In this document: piece after piece, positions 19,771-29,091 of the stretch | How the letters are laid out: each line of letters begins with the position of its first letter | How positions within the stretch are numbered: position 1 is the stretch's first letter | Assembly: GCF_049243625.1 (NCBI RefSeq) | Contig: NZ_CP046975.1 | Origin: Corynebacterium amycolatum | GTDB taxonomy: Bacteria; Actinomycetota; Actinomycetes; Mycobacteriales; Mycobacteriaceae | Length of the DNA stretch: 32,000 nucleotides | Strand: one strand, 5' to 3' | Made by a program: the position numbers and the translations under genes | The notes under the pieces: model-generated | What the model saw: only the letters and a program-made list of their open reading frames with translations | The model's database searches: none | Told to the model about the DNA's origin: nothing

Positions 19771-21036
19771 ATGGCACTGGTTGTGCAGAAGTACGGTGGT
19801 TCATCCCTGGAGAGCGCCGAACGCATTCGTCGTGTTGCAGAACGAATTGTGGAAACCAAAAAGCAGGGCAATGACGTCGTGGTTGTCTGCTCGGCAATGG
19901 GCGACACCACCGATGAGCTTCTGGACCTCGCTGAGCAGGTCAATCCGGTCCCGCCGGGACGCGAGATGGATATGCTCCTGACCGCCGGTGAGCGTATTTC
20001 CAATGCGCTGGTCGCTATGGCGATTGCAAGCTTCGGTGCCTCGGCTCGGTCTTTCACCGGTTCGCAGGCCGGCGTGATCACTACGGAACGCCACGGTAAC
20101 GCCCGCATTGTCGAGGTCACTCCGGGGCGTGTCCGTGAGGCTCTCGATGAGGGCCATATTTGTCTGGTGGCCGGTTTCCAGGGCGTGAACCGCGAGACTA
20201 AGGACGTCACTACGCTGGGTCGTGGTGGCTCGGATACCACTGCGGTCGCTCTCGCGGCAGCTTTGGAGGCAGACGTCTGCGAGATTTACTCCGATGTGGA
20301 TGGCGTGTACACAGCGGATCCGCGCATTGTGCCGAATGCACAGCGTTTGGACAACATTTCCTTCGAGGAGATGCTGGAGATGGCCGCGGTCGGCGCGAAG
20401 ATTTTGCAGCTGCGAAGTGTCGAATACGCCCGCGCGTTTAACGTCCCGTTGCGTGTGCGTTCGTCGTATAGCAATGAACTTGGCACCCTTGTTGATGGAT
20501 CGATGGAGGATATCCCTATGGAAGAAGCAGTGTTGACCGGTGTGGCGCATGACCGCTCCGAGGCGAAGGTGACCGTGCTGGGCATTCCGGATGATCCGGG
20601 CCAGGCGGCGAAGATGTTCCGTGCTGTTGCGGATGCGGAGATCAACATCGATATGGTGCTGCAGAACGTCTCTACCATCGCGGATAACCGCACTGACATT
20701 ACTTTCACCTGCCCGCGCGAGGACGCTCCGAAGGCGATGGCGTTGCTGAAGAAGCTGCAGGCTGACAATGACTGGAATGACGTGCTTTACGACGATCACG
20801 TGGGCAAGGTCTCCTTGGTCGGTGCTGGCATGAAGTCCCACCCGGGTGTGACTGCGACGTTCTGTGAGGCGCTCGCTGATGAGGGTGTGAATATCGACCT
20901 GATTTCCACTTCTGAGATTCGTATCTCGGTGCTGGTTAATGACCAGGATGTCGATAAGTCTGTGAAGGCTCTGCACGACGCTTTCAATCTCGGTGGCGAC
21001 ACTGAGGCTGTTGTTTACGCTGGTACGGGACGTTAA
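19771..21036 (+). CDS. lysC: Aspartokinase (alpha subunit reading frame)
   Basis: [27 protein letters not shown], with two C-terminal ACT domains. Followed 9 nt later by asd, forming the classic lysC-asd operon. Confidence 0.95.
   Translation: MALVVQKYGGSSLESAERIRRVAERIVETKKQGNDVVVVCSAMGDTTDELLDLAEQVNPVPPGREMDMLLTAGERISNALVAMAIASFGASARSFTGSQAGVITTERHGNARIVEVTPGRVREALDEGHICLVAGFQGVNRETKDVTTLGRGGSDTTAVALAAALEADVCEIYSDVDGVYTADPRIVPNAQRLDNISFEEMLEMAAVGAKILQLRSVEYARAFNVPLRVRSSYSNELGTLVDGSMEDIPMEEAVLTGVAHDRSEAKVTVLGIPDDPGQAAKMFRAVADAEINIDMVLQNVSTIADNRTDITFTCPREDAPKAMALLKKLQADNDWNDVLYDDHVGKVSLVGAGMKSHPGVTATFCEALADEGVNIDLISTSEIRISVLVNDQDVDKSVKALHDAFNLGGDTEAVVYAGTGR
20518..21036 (+). CDS. lysC: Aspartokinase beta subunit, nested in-frame start inside lysC
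   Basis: In-frame ATG at codon 250 ([22 protein letters not shown]) is preceded by GGAGGA at 20505-20510. This is the same arrangement described for Corynebacterium glutamicum lysC alpha/beta. Confidence 0.6.
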   Translation: MEEAVLTGVAHDRSEAKVTVLGIPDDPGQAAKMFRAVADAEINIDMVLQNVSTIADNRTDITFTCPREDAPKAMALLKKLQADNDWNDVLYDDHVGKVSLVGAGMKSHPGVTATFCEALADEGVNIDLISTSEIRISVLVNDQDVDKSVKALHDAFNLGGDTEAVVYAGTGR

Positions 21037-22086
<1,050 letters not shown>

Positions 22087-22119
22087 TTAACCGCGGTATT
22101 TGAGAGCGCAAAAAGTTAA

Positions 22120-22149
22120 GCCTCGGCACTTAGGTGCCGGGGCTTTTCT
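22120..22149 (+). terminator. Rho-independent terminator of lysC-asd
   Basis: GCCTCGGCAC-TTAG-GTGCCGGGGC (10-bp stem with one G-U pair) followed by TTTTCT. Confidence 0.8.
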
Positions 22150-22433
22150 GCTGGAAAAGGCGAGCCTGGTCTGGGGTGACCAAAAGGCTAACAATGTGGT
22201 GTGTGACATGCACCGTTTGGGCATAAGTGCAGGTTAAAATTTGCCGGTTTTCTGTTTTTAATTTGTTGGCTGAAGTGTATCGAATTTTTATATTGTGACC
22301 ATTTTTTAACACCGGTACGGTTTTCGTGTGAGCACGGCAGTGGCCGCAAAGGAGAAGGCGAGAAGCCCTTTACCTTCAGCTCTGGGCATCGCGCCACATA
22401 TCTATCTACACTTCGTTTTTCTAAAGGATCATC

Positions 22434-23081
22434 ATGGATAACCTGTGCAATATCTGCGAACTGATTTCCTCCTTGCCAGCACCGGCTCCGCTGCCGGCTC
22501 CTGAGTTCAACGTGAACTTCCCGGAGGGCCCGCTGGTTCAGGTCGACTCTCTGTTCCCGAATTTCCACTCTCTGACTGAGGGCGGCAACCTGGGTCTGCA
22601 GAATGTCGGCGGCGATCAGGACAACGCTCTGCAGAATGTCGGCGGCAACCAGGGTCTCCAGAACGCTGGCGGCGACCAGCTGAACGGTGGCGACCAGATT
22701 GGTGGCGACAAGCTGGACAAGGGCGACAAGGTCGGCGGCGACCAGGTTAACGACAAGGGCCAGATTGGTGAGCGTCAGTCCGGTTTCCAGACCGGCGGCC
22801 AGGACCAGAGCCTGCAGAACGTCGGTGGCGACCAGGGCCTCCAGAACGGTGGTCAGGAGCAGGGTCTGCAGACTGGTGGTAAGAACCAGAACGGTCTCCA
22901 GACTGGTGGTCAGGAGCAGGGCCTCCAGACCGGTGGTAAGAACCAGGGCGGCCTCCAGACTGGTGGCCAGGAGCAGGGTGCCCAGACCGGCGGCAACAAC
23001 CAGGGTGGTCTGCTGGCCGAGGACGGTGCGGGTGACAACCTGCCAGTTGACCTGGACCTGACTGGCGCAAAGGCTATCTAA
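22434..23081 (+). CDS. Gly/Gln/Asn/Asp-rich tandem-repeat protein of unknown function (about 9-10-aa units GLQNVGGDQ / GLQTGG[QK][EN]Q[G])
   Basis: ATG is preceded by AAAGGA. It is the longest of three frames open across the repeat and uses the codon set common in neighbouring genes (ctg, cag, ggc/ggt, gac). A non-repetitive N-terminal 55 aa shows no obvious signal peptide. Its own terminator lies at 23205. Confidence 0.55.
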   Translation: MDNLCNICELISSLPAPAPLPAPEFNVNFPEGPLVQVDSLFPNFHSLTEGGNLGLQNVGGDQDNALQNVGGNQGLQNAGGDQLNGGDQIGGDKLDKGDKVGGDQVNDKGQIGERQSGFQTGGQDQSLQNVGGDQGLQNGGQEQGLQTGGKNQNGLQTGGQEQGLQTGGKNQGGLQTGGQEQGAQTGGNNQGGLLAEDGAGDNLPVDLDLTGAKAI

Positions 23082-23204
23082 AACCGTCTAAGGCCGTCTA
23101 ACTAAAGCCATCTAAGCTGGCTCGATAACTGCCTTGCGCGGTTAGCGCGACTACTGCGGTTTGCGGTTTGTGGTTATTGCGGTTGTTAATACGCAAGCGT
23201 ACGA

Positions 23205-23244
23205 GCGCCTTCTCACTCCTTGTGGAGTGGGGAGGCGCTTTTTG
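23205..23244 (+). terminator. Rho-independent terminator
   Basis: GCGCCTTCTCACTCC-TTGT-GGAGTGGGGAGGCGC (15-bp stem with G-U pairs) followed by TTTTTG. Confidence 0.8.
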
Positions 23245-23276
23245 CGTTTATGTTCGGCAACCCCGGGCCAATGCGA

Positions 23277-23357
23277 GTTACTGACTAGGTTTATGGCAAA
23301 AATGGCCCGAAAAATGGCCTGAAAGTGCCATAAACTCCTACAGTTTCACATTTGCAG
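23277..23357 (+). repeat. Palindromic intergenic repeat element, copy D
   Basis: GTTACTGACTAGGTTTATGGCA - 27 nt - TGCCATAAACTCCTACAGTTTCACATTTGCAG. Confidence 0.8.
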
Positions 23358-24055
23358 TCCCCTATTCAGTCGCGTTTTACATAACGTGATCTGTTGGAGT
23401 GCCTTGAATCAGACCCACTTTTGTCTGTTAACCGCGGATGGCGAGGTTGGGGACGAGAGGCGATTATTTATGCAGCCGCAATTAGCGCACAATTATGTGG
23501 CTTATTAAATGATGTCCGGGGATTCTTTTGCAAATAGTCTTGAGACGTCATTTTTGCTCTTAGAGATTTATTGGCTTGCATTTTCATTAGGTGGGGGTGG
23601 AGTGTTGGCTGTGCCGTAACTCACAATTATGAAAATCGTGACATGAGAGACATTCTAACCCGAATTAATGCGTGGGGAATTATTGAAAAATCTTCCTATG
23701 CGCAGGTTAATGGTGATTTTATGGGTTGAATGGCTAGGTGTCATGGAGGAAAGTGGAACTTCGGCATGCGTGTAGTATCCAAATGGCTACCCCTGAAAAA
23801 ATGTGCAAACAACAATTATTGGCATTGAAATAAAAGATAATAAGGGTGCCAATTAAATGACTCAACAAACATAAAATGTATTTGTTATATTCGGGGACGG
23901 CCAACGCTATAAATGAGAATTAGAAGGCGATGTCAACTGGGCTACCTGTGATGGGGGCTGGAGACGCTTATGCGTGGTCATTGATTGTTAATTGAAGGCT
24001 GGAAAGGTAGCGAAAGGTGTATAACGCACTGAAATCGAAGGAAGGGGGAGGGCTC

Positions 24056-27000
24056 ATGTTCGGTCGTTTTACAAACGAGAAGCGCTGGTTGGCGCTTTTT
24101 AGCTTCATGGCTGTGCTCGCTCTTTTCTTCGCTAAATCTCCAATAATTGCGCATGCGCAGGAGGCAGAAGACACTGGCGAAACCCTGACGATTCAGAAGA
24201 TTTTGAGTGTTCCTGGAACCGTTGCGGGTGTTGAAGCCAATGGAAATGTCCGTAATTTTGGGCCACTCATCGCGGCATTTGACGAGGCCGCAACTCCATA
24301 TGGTAGCCACAAAATGGGTTACTGCATTGAGGCCAGCGTCGGCGGTGATCTTTATGACACCGGTCGTGTGCAGAACTTCAGTCAGTTTTCGCGCAGTACA
24401 GATACCAATAACAAGCTGCGGAACGACTTTGACCGATACCGGAAGCTCAACTGGATTGCGCACCACGGTTCGCCAGCTGTTGGTTTGGATGAACTGGGGA
24501 AGGCAGCTGGAGTTAAAGGACGCCTGAATGTGCTGGATGCCAATAACGCAACTCAGTTCGCTCTGTGGCACTTCTCCGATGACATTGACTTCTCCCAGGG
24601 CATTCACAACCCATCGACGAAGGCTGTCTACGACTACCTGACTGGTCCGGCTAACGTCGGTCAGGGCACCGTCGACGGTACGAACCGCACTGGCTACATT
24701 TTCAACAATGGTGAGAAGCAAGACATCATTGTGATTGACAATGTCACTCCGTCTTCCGGTGAGGTTCCAGCTGAGCCGACGAAGCCATCTGAGCCAGAAA
24801 AGCCAACCGAGCCAGAGAAGCCGACTACTCCGACCACGCCTGCTGAGACCACGACTCCGTCCGAGTCGACCAAGCCGTCTGAGCCGGAGAAGCCGACCAC
24901 GCTAAAGCCGTCGATTTCCACTCAGGCTCGCCTGAACGGCAACAAGATCGTTGCGGGCGCTGTGGTTAAGGACATCGTGAGGTTCACCGACCTGGTGCCG
25001 GGTAAGAACTACCGCCTGGACGCCACCCTGGTGGACAAGACCAATGCTGACCGCATTCTGGGCACCGGCAGCGTCGAGTTCACTCCGGAGACCTCTTCGG
25101 GTGAGCAGGCTGTCATGATGACCGTCTCCGATGATGTGGATGAGCCGGTTTCCGCTGCTGTTGCATTTGAAAAGCTGACTTCGACAGAGGTCACCGCCGA
25201 TGGCCAGGACAACACTGATGGTCAGCCGGTAGAAATCGCTTCCCACGAGGACATTAACGACGCAGCTCAGACCGTTCACGGCGAAAAGCCAGAGCAGCCG
25301 TCGACCTCCGAAGAGACTCCGACGAGCGAGGAGACAACCGAGGAGACAACGGAGCCGTCGTCCAGCGAGACCGCTACCTCTGAGACCAGCGAATCTGAGG
25401 CTCCGACGACGTCGGAAAGCGAAGAGCAGCCGAGCTCTTCGACGACTACTCCTAACGCCTCCGAGTCCACGAAGCCGGCTGCCCCGACGGAGTCGACCGA
25501 GCCGACTGACAGCACTGAGTCGCAGACCACGGAGCCGACCGAGCCGACTGAGGCCACCGAACCGTCTAAGCCGAGCGAGCCCGCTGATACACCGCTGGAG
25601 CCGGAGCTGCGCACGGTAGCCGAGCTTCAGGGCAACCGCATTGAGGCCAATGCCAAGGTCATCGACACCGTACATTTCGAGGGTCTGGTGCCTGGTAAGA
25701 ATTACACCCTGTCCGGTGAACTGGTTAACAAGGCTGATGGCTCTGTGATTGGTCATGGCGAGGCGACGTTCAAGCCGACTTCCGCAAGCGGTACGGTGAC
25801 TGTCACTCTCGAGGTGTCTGACTCTGTTAAGACTCCTGTTGCTGAGGCTGTCGTATTCGAGCACCTGACCTCTGATGAGGTTGACTCGACTGGTAAAGAA
25901 AGCGCTGGTCAGGTCAATGAGATCGCTGACCACGCAGATATCAACGACGCAAACCAGACCGTGACTGGCGAGGTTCCGGAGAAGCCGGAAGACACCCCGA
26001 CTGAGGAAAGCGAAACTCCGTCCGAGGAAACGACCACACCGGAAACCAGCTCGACTGAGCCGACCACGTCCACCGTTCCGGTAACTCCGAGCGAGGATGA
26101 GCCTTCCGAGCAGCCAGAGACGACACAGCCGGAAGAGCCGTCTGAGACGACAACTCCGTCTAAGTCTGAGTCCGAGAAGCCGTCCAAGCCGGCTCACCCG
26201 GAGAAGCCGAGCAAGCCGACTAAGCCTGCCCAGCCGGAGAAGCCGAGCAAGCCGACTAAGCCTGCCCAGCCGGAGAAGCCGAGCAAGCCGACTAAGCCGA
26301 CGAAGCCTGCCCAGCCGGAAAAGCCAAGCAAGCCGACTAAGCCTGCTCAGCCAGAGAAGCCGAGCAAGCCGTCCAAGCCTGCCCAGCCAGAGAAGCCGAG
26401 CAAGCCGTCCAAGCCTGCCCAGCCAGAGAAGCCGAGCAAGCCGTCCAAGCCAAGCCACCCGAGCACCCCAGCGCAGTCTGAGGACAACCCGGCTATCACG
26501 ACTACTGCCGGTATTGCTGGCAAGGGTCTGATTGAAAAGGGTGCTGTCGTCATCGACACCGTGCACTTCACTGGCCTGAAGCCGGGCACGAAGTACACCC
26601 TGACCGGTGAGTTGATGTGCAAGGAGACGGGCAAGTCCACTGGTGCTAGGAGCCGCCTGCACTTTGTGCCGACGGCATCCGCAGGCACGGTTGATGTTCC
26701 GATCATCATCACTGACGCCGATTGCGCTTCTCAGGTTGCATTCGAGACTCTGACCGATGCTAATGGCAAGGAAGTTGCTGTTCACAAGGACATCAACTCT
26801 GCGGAGCAGACTGTCACGAATGGCAAGACCCCAGAGAACACGCCTGCTGAGCAGCCCAAGGGTGAGGGCGAGCAGAATACGCCTAACGACGATTCCTCCG
26901 CACCCACCAGCGATGCTGCCACCCCGAACACTGTGATTAATCAGCATTCGGAGCAGTACAACACCAACGTCACTGTCATTGGTGGCACTGGCCAGGACAA

Positions 27001-27118
27001 GCAGAAGAACCATGGAAAGCCGTTGGCTCCGAACTCGGAACGACGTGCAATTAGTTCGGTTCCGTCTGGCCCGACCGGTTTGGCTACTCACGCTCTGCCG
27101 ACGGTAGCTACGAACTAA
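24056..27118 (+). CDS. Secreted adhesin: N-terminal thioester (TQXA/TED) domain plus three Thr-Gln ester-bond (VaFE-repeat) domains with long Pro/Thr/Ser/Glu linkers; no canonical LPXTG signal seen
   Basis: Start is chosen at MFGRF (ATG 24056, RBS GAAGGGGGAGG). Signal peptide LALFSFMAVLALFFAKSPIIAHA-QE. Thioester motifs GYCIE (Cys codon 24323-24325) and TQFALW (Gln codon 24554-24556). There are three units of the form [IL]xT.A...VxFE.LT...H.DIN.A.QTV (AVAFEKL/HEDINDAAQTV, AVVFEHL/HADINDANQTV, QVAFETL/HKDINSAEQTV). Confidence 0.85.
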   Translation: MFGRFTNEKRWLALFSFMAVLALFFAKSPIIAHAQEAEDTGETLTIQKILSVPGTVAGVEANGNVRNFGPLIAAFDEAATPYGSHKMGYCIEASVGGDLYDTGRVQNFSQFSRSTDTNNKLRNDFDRYRKLNWIAHHGSPAVGLDELGKAAGVKGRLNVLDANNATQFALWHFSDDIDFSQGIHNPSTKAVYDYLTGPANVGQGTVDGTNRTGYIFNNGEKQDIIVIDNVTPSSGEVPAEPTKPSEPEKPTEPEKPTTPTTPAETTTPSESTKPSEPEKPTTLKPSISTQARLNGNKIVAGAVVKDIVRFTDLVPGKNYRLDATLVDKTNADRILGTGSVEFTPETSSGEQAVMMTVSDDVDEPVSAAVAFEKLTSTEVTADGQDNTDGQPVEIASHEDINDAAQTVHGEKPEQPSTSEETPTSEETTEETTEPSSSETATSETSESEAPTTSESEEQPSSSTTTPNASESTKPAAPTESTEPTDSTESQTTEPTEPTEATEPSKPSEPADTPLEPELRTVAELQGNRIEANAKVIDTVHFEGLVPGKNYTLSGELVNKADGSVIGHGEATFKPTSASGTVTVTLEVSDSVKTPVAEAVVFEHLTSDEVDSTGKESAGQVNEIADHADINDANQTVTGEVPEKPEDTPTEESETPSEETTTPETSSTEPTTSTVPVTPSEDEPSEQPETTQPEEPSETTTPSKSESEKPSKPAHPEKPSKPTKPAQPEKPSKPTKPAQPEKPSKPTKPTKPAQPEKPSKPTKPAQPEKPSKPSKPAQPEKPSKPSKPAQPEKPSKPSKPSHPSTPAQSEDNPAITTTAGIAGKGLIEKGAVVIDTVHFTGLKPGTKYTLTGELMCKETGKSTGARSRLHFVPTASAGTVDVPIIITDADCASQVAFETLTDANGKEVAVHKDINSAEQTVTNGKTPENTPAEQPKGEGEQNTPNDDSSAPTSDAATPNTVINQHSEQYNTNVTVIGGTGQDKQKNHGKPLAPNSERRAISSVPSGPTGLATHALPTVATN
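26174..26460 (+). repeat. In-frame 36-nt tandem repeats encoding EKPSKP[TS]KP[AS][QH]P (about 8 units)
   Basis: Near-identical gagaagccgagcaagccgactaagcctgcccagccg units, read directly. One unit carries an extra KPT. Confidence 0.9.
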
Positions 27119-27127
27119 GGAGATTCC

Positions 27128-27895
27128 ATGACTGATCAGTTTGGCTCGGACGAGGCCGGACAGGAACCTGGAAACGCACCAGGTTACGAACCGGGCATCG
27201 AACCGGAAACCGATACCGGCGCACTCGACCACGTTGATGCGTTTGACCAGGACGAAGACCAGGCCGACGGCCATGTCGAAGACCTGCAGGACGTGCCGTG
27301 GTGGAAGCAGCCAAGGATGTATATCGCCGCTATCGCATTAATCGGCGTTATCGCTCTGCTGGTTATTGGCCAACTGAACCGCAATGATTCGGCGCTCGAA
27401 GGTGCGCAGGAGAATCTGCCCACTCCAGCACAGGGTTCTCGGGGAGCTGTGCACGAGATGGAGATGCTCATTGATGGTAAGTCGGCTCCGATTGATTTCG
27501 TTCAGCTGACTGATCAGGGATCTCTGATTCCGCCGACGGATGTTTCACGCCTTGGCTGGTACTCAGCTTCCGCGATTCCCGGTGAGGAAGGTGCTGCTGG
27601 TTCGTCCGTCATTACCGGCCACGTCAATGAGGTGGACCAGGGTGATGGCTACGCTGCACGTTTCGCTGACCTGAGGGCTGGAGACACTGTCACGGTGAAG
27701 GTGGATGGCGAAAGCCGCGACTTCACCGTCAGCCACGATCCGATTCAGGTGGTCAAGGGCGCTCGGATGCCCGAGGCCGTCAACGATGCAGTTGGTGAGA
27801 ACCGCTTGGTTCTCATTACCTGCGGAGGCGAGTTCGTCGGCGGCACGTTGGGATACGCAGACAACATCATCGTCGAGGCCACCCCGGTGCGCTAA
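27128..27895 (+). CDS. Class F-like sortase family protein (possibly lacking catalytic Arg)
   Basis: Acidic N-terminus and a single TM (MYIAAIALIGVIALLVIG). Motifs GWYSASAIPGEEG, SSVITGHV (His) and LVLITCGG (Cys). The ATG lies 9 nt after the adhesin stop, with GGAG upstream. Confidence 0.7.
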   Translation: MTDQFGSDEAGQEPGNAPGYEPGIEPETDTGALDHVDAFDQDEDQADGHVEDLQDVPWWKQPRMYIAAIALIGVIALLVIGQLNRNDSALEGAQENLPTPAQGSRGAVHEMEMLIDGKSAPIDFVQLTDQGSLIPPTDVSRLGWYSASAIPGEEGAAGSSVITGHVNEVDQGDGYAARFADLRAGDTVTVKVDGESRDFTVSHDPIQVVKGARMPEAVNDAVGENRLVLITCGGEFVGGTLGYADNIIVEATPVR

Positions 27896-28059
27896 TCTAG
27901 TGCGCTAGGGCGCGGCTCTCAATTCATTGACCAATTCCATTGGCTGTGGTTGTTTGGCGCCGTCGAACAACGGCGGTGCCGCTAACCACAGAAAACACAG
28001 ATAACCACAGAACAAATCTGCAGAAATCCTGCAGAAACACTGAAGATAAGGAAGTGCTT

Positions 28060-28419
28060 ATGAACATGTTGAAGAAAATCGGTGTCTGGGGTGTGGGCGC
28101 GCTTGTGCTTGCCGCTCCGGTTGCTACTGCCGCACAGGCGGTAGCTGCACCTGCAACCTCCGCTGACACTGCAGTTGTCGCTCCGGGCAAGGGCGGATTC
28201 CTCCACTCGGGCAAGCTGGCCGTCAACCGCTACGTCTTCGAGCTTGAGCATCGCGATGGCAAGGACTACGTCAACATCACCTTCACGGGTGATCACAGCG
28301 CTGACGTGCAGATCATGCCGGATGGTATGACTCCCGAGGGCAAGAAGAAGGTCGATCAGATCGGTGATGTCCTCAAGCTCAACGGCTACAACGATGTTCA
28401 TTACTGGGCGGTTCTCTAA
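28060..28419 (+). CDS. Small secreted protein of unknown function (119 aa)
   Basis: Internal ATG with RBS AAGGAAG. Signal peptide MNMLKKIGVWGVGALVLAAPVATAAQA-VA. No recognisable motif. Confidence 0.55.
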   Translation: MNMLKKIGVWGVGALVLAAPVATAAQAVAAPATSADTAVVAPGKGGFLHSGKLAVNRYVFELEHRDGKDYVNITFTGDHSADVQIMPDGMTPEGKKKVDQIGDVLKLNGYNDVHYWAVL

Positions 28420-29091
28420 ACGTCTTAAGTGACGCGGTAGGGCGCCCCGTGTCGCTCACTTCCTTTGTGCTTTTACAGGTCCTAGCACAGGGCGGTGCGT
28501 CGCGGGGCGGTTTGCTGCAAACGGCTTTTGCTTTCGCTTGACGACGTTGTCGTGGCAACAAATTCGAGAAGGTTGATAAGTCCCCATTTTCCTGGGATGT
28601 ACTGGGGAGATGACGGTTTCCCATAGAGGTAATCGACATGGGTCATTTGGCTGCCCCCGGTTGTGGGGGTGGGTGGATTCTGTGGGGATTCGAGAATGTT
28701 TTGGGCTGATTGGAAAAAGTCGTTGTGACCTCTATAAAAGCGATACCAATCTTCGATAATTCTTACTTTTGTATAAGTTTTCCGTGCGTTCCGGCTTGGC
28801 GGCGTGTTTGCGTCGAGTGTTGGCTAAGCGCTGAACAGGTTAAGTTATTTATAAGCGGTTCACTGAGCGTTGTTAACCGAACGAGCAATGGGCCTGAGCT
28901 GGAATGTTTATAAATATAAACATAAAAGTTCATGATGCTTAAGCTTAGAAGGTTAGGCGGACTGGTCTTTCCTTTAAGGGAACTCTCAGTTTTGTGCGGT
29001 CGGGGAATATCGATGTCGCCGTCTGAAGTGAATCGCGAGACGTATTGAAGCGTGTCGCTTCATTTTGGACTTCTGTAAAGGACCTGTTTTC

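Noticed and set aside
23509-23829. Several 28-37-codon ORFs in the AT-rich leader (for example MMSGDSFANSLETSFLLLEIYWLAFSLGGGGVLAVP).
   Set aside because: They have no convincing Shine-Dalgarno sequences or conservation evidence. They are kept only as a note within the AT-rich-region finding.
26174-26460. Regular 36-nt repeats that could superficially resemble a CRISPR array.
   Set aside because: The repeats are directly contiguous with no spacers. They are in frame within a well-supported CDS and encode a Pro/Lys-rich peptide repeat.
26990-27118. Possibility that a frameshift hides an LPXTG/TM tail of the adhesin in another frame.
   Set aside because: Manual translation of the other two forward frames gives Arg-rich or stop-containing sequence, with no LPXTG or hydrophobic tail.
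27940-28059. Upstream 40 codons of track ORF 27940..28419 (MAVVVWRRRTTAVPLTTENTDNHRTNLQKS...).
   Set aside because: It has no RBS and an atypical composition. The internal ATG at 28060 has a good RBS and begins a textbook signal peptide.
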